A stretch of 42,839 bases of DNA, taken from the IMG/VR virus record IMGVR_UViG_2870464427_000004, positions 1-42,839 of that record. The stretch is one strand, 5' to 3'. This DNA is from a virus (Duplodnaviria > Heunggongvirae > Uroviricota > Caudoviricetes). Numbering within the stretch: the stretch's first letter is position 1; every line of letters starts with the position of its first letter. The notes beneath the pieces were generated by a model. That model saw only the letters and a list, made by a program, of their open reading frames with translations. It was not told where the DNA came from and did not search any database. Both the position numbers and the translations under genes were made by a program. Below, piece by piece: positions 38,205 through 42,839 of the stretch.

Positions 38205-38406
38205 TCATTGCAATTTTGTAAAATTCATCATCAGAAGAGACATCAACGACATCGCGACGGACAACTCCTTCTGAGTCAACACATTCAAGAACAAGATGAT
38301 GTTTAGGCATAAGCGCAAAGCGTAACCGGTCAAACCCCATCTTAAGAACCCAATATAGTACGGGAAGCAGGCTAAAAAAAGCCAGCCAAAAAGCAAAAGC
38401 AATCAT
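38158..38406 (-). CDS. Small membrane protein (cassette gene 2)
   Basis: 82 aa; N-terminal TM helix MIAFAFWLAFFSLLPVLYWVL. Confidence 0.5.
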   Translation of the reverse strand: MIAFAFWLAFFSLLPVLYWVLKMGFDRLRFALMPKHHLVLECVDSEGVVRRDVVDVSSDDEFYKIAMNAIRAGRSVKGGTFE

Positions 38407-38429
38407 AGCCCCCTCCCCATGTGAATCTA

Positions 38430-39308
38430 CTATAAGATGCCGTGTACTTTAACAACTATGTACGTTTTGTCCAGCGAATTCAAGTTCTCACGGACGAGCA
38501 AATCAACGCAGTAAGCATCACTAAAAACACCAGGTTCTCTTCCCGTACTAACACGTTGTAAGAACTCAGTATCTTCTATAGACACGCTGATTGTGTCATC
38601 GCCATAGTTGACTCGCCAGCCTGTGTTTTTATCCTTATGAATAGTCAAAAATGTGATTAGAGCCTCTTCAATCACCCTTTCAGACAAGGACTGCACTACA
38701 GGAACGCGCCTATATCTGAACGGTTCAATATTATCTTCGTGCACCTTAATCAGCTCAACCCCCTGTTGAGTTGAAATTTTAAGCGATTCGTATCCTTCCT
38801 TTTGCAAAGGATTATGAATTAACTTCGATAAGGATTTGCGTATGCTTGGTGAGGCAAGTAAAGGCCGGAAATATGACGGGGCTATAATTTCCTCACCATC
38901 ATCCATAACTATTTTACAGTCTCCTTCCGCTGTTAAAGTCAACCGTTTTATTTGCCTACCATTGATCTGACGAATTAAGTCAATGAGAGTATTTCCTGCT
39001 GCGAGTGCAGTTGTACCTCCAAGCCCAATAATGCTTAATATATTCAAATGGTCAAGTGGATTTTGAATAACATCAATCAAATACTCAAATGAGCCTTCCT
39101 TAAAAGGCTCAACCTCAACATTAATACACTCACTAGTGCCATTGACAACCAAATTAACTTCTTTAAGCAAGTTGTTTAGTCCATTCAATGACTCAGTTAA
39201 AACATCCAAATCTATTTTATGATCTGCTAGTGCGGGACCATCATATTTAACAACTAATTTATCAGTAATATTTTCTTCTTGCTGGACATCTGTATAAGCT
39301 GAGGTCAT
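38430..39308 (-). CDS. Hypothetical soluble protein (cassette gene 1), unknown family
   Basis: 292 aa ORF, AT-rich, divergent from SNF2 helicase gene across a 67-bp spacer. Confidence 0.65.
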   Translation of the reverse strand: MTSAYTDVQQEENITDKLVVKYDGPALADHKIDLDVLTESLNGLNNLLKEVNLVVNGTSECINVEVEPFKEGSFEYLIDVIQNPLDHLNILSIIGLGGTTALAAGNTLIDLIRQINGRQIKRLTLTAEGDCKIVMDDGEEIIAPSYFRPLLASPSIRKSLSKLIHNPLQKEGYESLKISTQQGVELIKVHEDNIEPFRYRRVPVVQSLSERVIEEALITFLTIHKDKNTGWRVNYGDDTISVSIEDTEFLQRVSTGREPGVFSDAYCVDLLVRENLNSLDKTYIVVKVHGIL

Positions 39309-39375
39309 AACTGTTCCTTTCGAAATAAATAATTAAGCTATTACTACATAAGTTCATTCATGGAGATACAATACC

Positions 39376-40773
39376 ATGGACTATGCTATATTTTCACCTC
39401 ACCCCTACCAAGATCTCATCATCAATCATCAAATCGACATTATGCGCTGCAACATCTGGGCAGGTATGGGAATGGGTAAAACCGTGGCAACGCTCACTGC
39501 GCTGGAAGATCTTTTTATGGCAGGGGCAGAAACACGCCCCGCACTGGTCCTCGCGCCGCTACGTGTTGCAGCAAACACCTGGCCGGATGAAGCAGTGAAG
39601 TGGGGGCATTTGCGCAATATCGAGGTGCAGCCGATTGTTGGTAACGCCAAAGCGCGCTCTACGGCGCTGGCGAACAGCAACGCGAGCGTGTTCACCATCA
39701 ACTACGATAACCTTGTCTGGCTGGTTGAGGAATTGGGAGAACGATGGCCGTTCGGTATTGTCATTCCAGATGAAAGCACCCGGCTAAAATCCTTCCGGCT
39801 GCGAGGTGGTGGTAAGCGCGCGGCGGCGCTGGGCAAAGTGGCGCATAAGTATGTCCGGCGCTGGATAAATCTCACCGGTACGCCAGCACCGAACGGCCTG
39901 GTAGATTTGTGGGGACAATCGTGGTTTGTGGACCAGGGGCAACGTCTCGGGCGCACTTACGGCGCGTTTACCTCACGCTGGTTCAACTCGATACAGTTTC
40001 CGGGGCAGAGCTGGACCAAACTGGAGCCTTTTGCTCACTCACAGGGTGAAATACAGCGAGCGTTAGCCGATGTAACCCTCTCGCTGGATGCGGCCGACTG
40101 GTTCGATATCAAAGACCCCATCCATAACGTAATCCGCGTGGATATGCCACCGAAGGCCCGTCAGCAGTATCGTGAAATGGAAAAGGAAATGTTCCTCGAG
40201 CTGAATGGCGAAGGCATCGAAGCACCGAACGCCGCGGCAAAGACACTGAAGTGTCTGCAAATCGCCAGCGGCGCAGTATACACAGATGACACCGGAAGTT
40301 GGTCAGAACTGCATGACACCAAACTACAGGCGCTGGACAGCATACTGACCGAAGCAGCTGGCGCACCTGTGCTGGTTGCTTATCACTGGAAACACGATCT
40401 TGAACGCTTGCTTAAAGCATTCCCTCGCGGTCGTCACCTCGACCAGGATCCACAGACACTGCGCGACTGGAATTCCGGAAAGATTCCTGTTCTCTTTGCA
40501 CACCCAGCCAGCGCGGGCCACGGCCTGAACATGCAGGACGGCGGAAATATACTGGTATTTTTCTCACACTGGTGGGACCTGGAGCAATATCAGCAAATTA
40601 TTGAACGTATCGGCCCCACCAGGCAGATACAGGCCGGACACAATCGTCCGGTATTTATTCACCACATTATTGCTGCCGACACTATGGATGAAATGGTGAT
40701 GGAGCGGCGCAACTCAAAACGAACAGTGCAGGACATCCTGCTCGATGCCATGAAAAAGAGAGGTATAGCATGA
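39376..40773 (+). CDS. SNF2-family helicase
   Basis: Walker A GMGMGKT, DExx box IPDEST, C-terminal helicase motifs. Confidence 0.85.
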   Translation: MDYAIFSPHPYQDLIINHQIDIMRCNIWAGMGMGKTVATLTALEDLFMAGAETRPALVLAPLRVAANTWPDEAVKWGHLRNIEVQPIVGNAKARSTALANSNASVFTINYDNLVWLVEELGERWPFGIVIPDESTRLKSFRLRGGGKRAAALGKVAHKYVRRWINLTGTPAPNGLVDLWGQSWFVDQGQRLGRTYGAFTSRWFNSIQFPGQSWTKLEPFAHSQGEIQRALADVTLSLDAADWFDIKDPIHNVIRVDMPPKARQQYREMEKEMFLELNGEGIEAPNAAAKTLKCLQIASGAVYTDDTGSWSELHDTKLQALDSILTEAAGAPVLVAYHWKHDLERLLKAFPRGRHLDQDPQTLRDWNSGKIPVLFAHPASAGHGLNMQDGGNILVFFSHWWDLEQYQQIIERIGPTRQIQAGHNRPVFIHHIIAADTMDEMVMERRNSKRTVQDILLDAMKKRGIA

Positions 40774-40970
40774 GCGAGAAACCCGACGATTTACTCACCC
40801 CGGATGAAGTATGCCAAAAGTTAGGTATTACACAGAAAACGCTATGTGAGTGGAATATTAAGCATCGTCATCGGGCTATCCTGGCACCAATTCGTTTCAG
40901 TGCAAAAGTAGTTCGTTATGAGCGCCGAAATATCGACGCTTTTATTCAAAAATGTCGCAGCCAGTATTAA
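40770..40970 (+). CDS. AlpA/excisionase-like small DNA-binding protein
   Basis: 66 aa, LTPDEVCQKLGITQKTLCEW HTH-like; adjacent and convergent to integrase. Confidence 0.6.
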   Translation: MSEKPDDLLTPDEVCQKLGITQKTLCEWNIKHRHRAILAPIRFSAKVVRYERRNIDAFIQKCRSQY

Positions 40971-42259
40971 CCTCGCCGCCGTAGCAATGCCACCTGCGCA
41001 AGTATGCTCCGCTCGTGAGCCTCGAAAGCTTCGCGCTTCAACGCAATCTCTTCCTGTAAAATCTCATCAGAAAAGTCGTAATGTTCTGCCATCGGGTCAT
41101 CTGACTTGCTGGAGTGGTGAAGGCAAAGGAGGCTGATTTCCCTTCGGTCTGATCGGGAATAGCCTCTTTCCTTCATCAAGGCAATAACATTGCTCTTAAG
41201 GAATTTACGGCACATCGTATTAAATGCACCGTCTTTCCCTTTAACAGTCCCATCATGTTTTATTCCTTTTACAGCCCCGTCCGGGCTGTATGTTTTCACC
41301 AGCTTATCCAGTGATCGTTTTGAAAATGGCTGCATTGGATCACGTGGCTGCAAAAATACATAATCCCTGTTGCACTCAGGAACTGAATCACGCCAGGCTT
41401 TCTGCTCGTCGATAATCCGCCGGATCTCAGGCGTTATCGGCAGGCGGAAAGCCTTTTGTGTTTTCATAGCCCCTCGCATGCCGATAACCCCTTCCGGATA
41501 AACAATTTCACCAGCCTCCTCGTGAACGTAGTCCCAGCGCAGGTTATGGACATTAATCGGACGAACACCAGTGATGATCATGAAGCGAACAGCATTCTTC
41601 TGGTGTACAGAGGTGCAGGCGGCAACATTGAGCCAGAGCCGGGCGATTGATTCAATATCGGTAAAAAGCCGTGTGGGGGTAGGTTTCTGTACGCGGGAGG
41701 AAACATAATCATCTGGCAGACTGGCGGCAACATTGCGGCCGTTGCAAAGAGTAGGTGCGCAGAACTTCCAGAACCGACGGAGCTCGGCAAACAACTCCAG
41801 GGCGTTATTGTTCGAGCGAGTAGCGATCCACTCGTCCAGCACTTCCACCAGCCGATTGTATGTTACGTCGCTGAACACCTCGCGCTCGCCGAACGTTGCT
41901 TTAATCCGGTCGATACGCACCCCGTAGGTTGTGAAACTGTCCGGGCTCAGCTTCTGCCGGGCGACTTTGGCTTTGAGGTCATCCCGGTACATTTCCAGCG
42001 CTGCATGTACGGACTCTGCCCGCAGGCCACCGTCAGCCATACCTAGCGCTTTTTCGCGCGCCAGCTGGATAGCGAGCTCCGGCCACTCGCCGAGCTTTTT
42101 ACCTTTGAGGCCCATCTTTTTTGGAAACTCGGCGTAAAATGTAACCTTACCGGCTTTGCTGAAATCGATACGGAGATAGTTCTCTTTTTCGTATTTGGAA
42201 CGGCGAGCCACGCCGGAAGCAGCGAGGATGATTTTGGCGGCAGCAACACAGATTTTCAT
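40967..42259 (-). CDS. Tyrosine integrase
   Basis: C-terminal catalytic region with conserved Arg/His/Tyr context (ITGVRP, LHHSSK, EHYDF); start ambiguous (ATG 42259 or 42364). Confidence 0.8.
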   Translation of the reverse strand: MKICVAAAKIILAASGVARRSKYEKENYLRIDFSKAGKVTFYAEFPKKMGLKGKKLGEWPELAIQLAREKALGMADGGLRAESVHAALEMYRDDLKAKVARQKLSPDSFTTYGVRIDRIKATFGEREVFSDVTYNRLVEVLDEWIATRSNNNALELFAELRRFWKFCAPTLCNGRNVAASLPDDYVSSRVQKPTPTRLFTDIESIARLWLNVAACTSVHQKNAVRFMIITGVRPINVHNLRWDYVHEEAGEIVYPEGVIGMRGAMKTQKAFRLPITPEIRRIIDEQKAWRDSVPECNRDYVFLQPRDPMQPFSKRSLDKLVKTYSPDGAVKGIKHDGTVKGKDGAFNTMCRKFLKSNVIALMKERGYSRSDRREISLLCLHHSSKSDDPMAEHYDFSDEILQEEIALKREAFEAHERSILAQVALLRRRG

Positions 42260-42569
42260 GTGTGCGCTAGTATAGGGGGGTTTACAGGCGTCCCATTTTT
42301 CAGAAGCGGCTAAAACATCGTCATTATTGGGGCTATCCGGATTATGTGTTACAGTGCGCGGCATTCTCAATCCTTATCTGCGTAGGCGCAGAAAACAAGC
42401 TCACACATACAAGTCTTTTCTACGGGACAAAATGCAATGTGTTGCGGTTTTGTGTTGCTGGACTGAGTTTATCAAGGTTAAATACACTGGATCAACATAC
42501 AGTAAGTTAATGACAGTAAAGCATACAAACTCGATACAACTTACTGATTTTAAAATGATTTAACGGTAA

Positions 42570-42839
<270 letters not shown>

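Overview
The window is almost entirely one temperate tailed-phage genome (a prophage, left end not reached in this window) whose right end abuts a chromosomal ferredoxin gene (yfhL-like, 42579..42839). All calls are from reading the supplied ORF translations and DNA by eye; no database search, HMM, folding or composition statistic was run. Layout: (i) 1..3500, a Pin/Gin/Hin-type DNA invertase next to a roughly 1.6 kb invertible tail-fibre segment bounded by 80 bp perfect inverted repeats with hix/gix-like crossover sites; (ii) 3456..22631, a minus-strand late operon: baseplate, tape measure, tail chaperone with a probable -1 frameshift, tube, sheath, Mu-like head genes, portal, large and small terminase; (iii) 23247..25606, a lysis cassette (holin, lambda R-like endolysin, overlapping spanins) and a Q-like antiterminator with flanking intrinsic terminators; (iv) 26100..28655, an AEP primase-polymerase replication protein followed by a dense iteron array (10 copies of GGTAACAG around an AT-rich core), a likely origin; (v) 28659..29620, a divergent cro-like / LexA-like CI immunity switch with operator palindromes; (vi) 30791..40970, a plus-strand early operon: Cas4-like PD-(D/E)XK nuclease, DUF2815-like protein, family A DNA polymerase, VRR-NUC nuclease, SNF2 helicase, excisionase-like protein; (vii) a tyrosine integrase at the right end. 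Several compositionally distinct accessory loci interrupt this backbone. The strongest candidate for an undescribed system is an AT-rich three-gene cassette on the opposite strand inside the replication operon (37635..39308), encoding a 292-aa soluble protein plus two small membrane proteins. Other candidates are a lipoprotein gene inside the baseplate operon (6503..7228), an orphan gene between terminase and lysis (22648..23109), a zinc-ribbon gene beside cI (29997..30566) and a small membrane protein gene (34465..34734).
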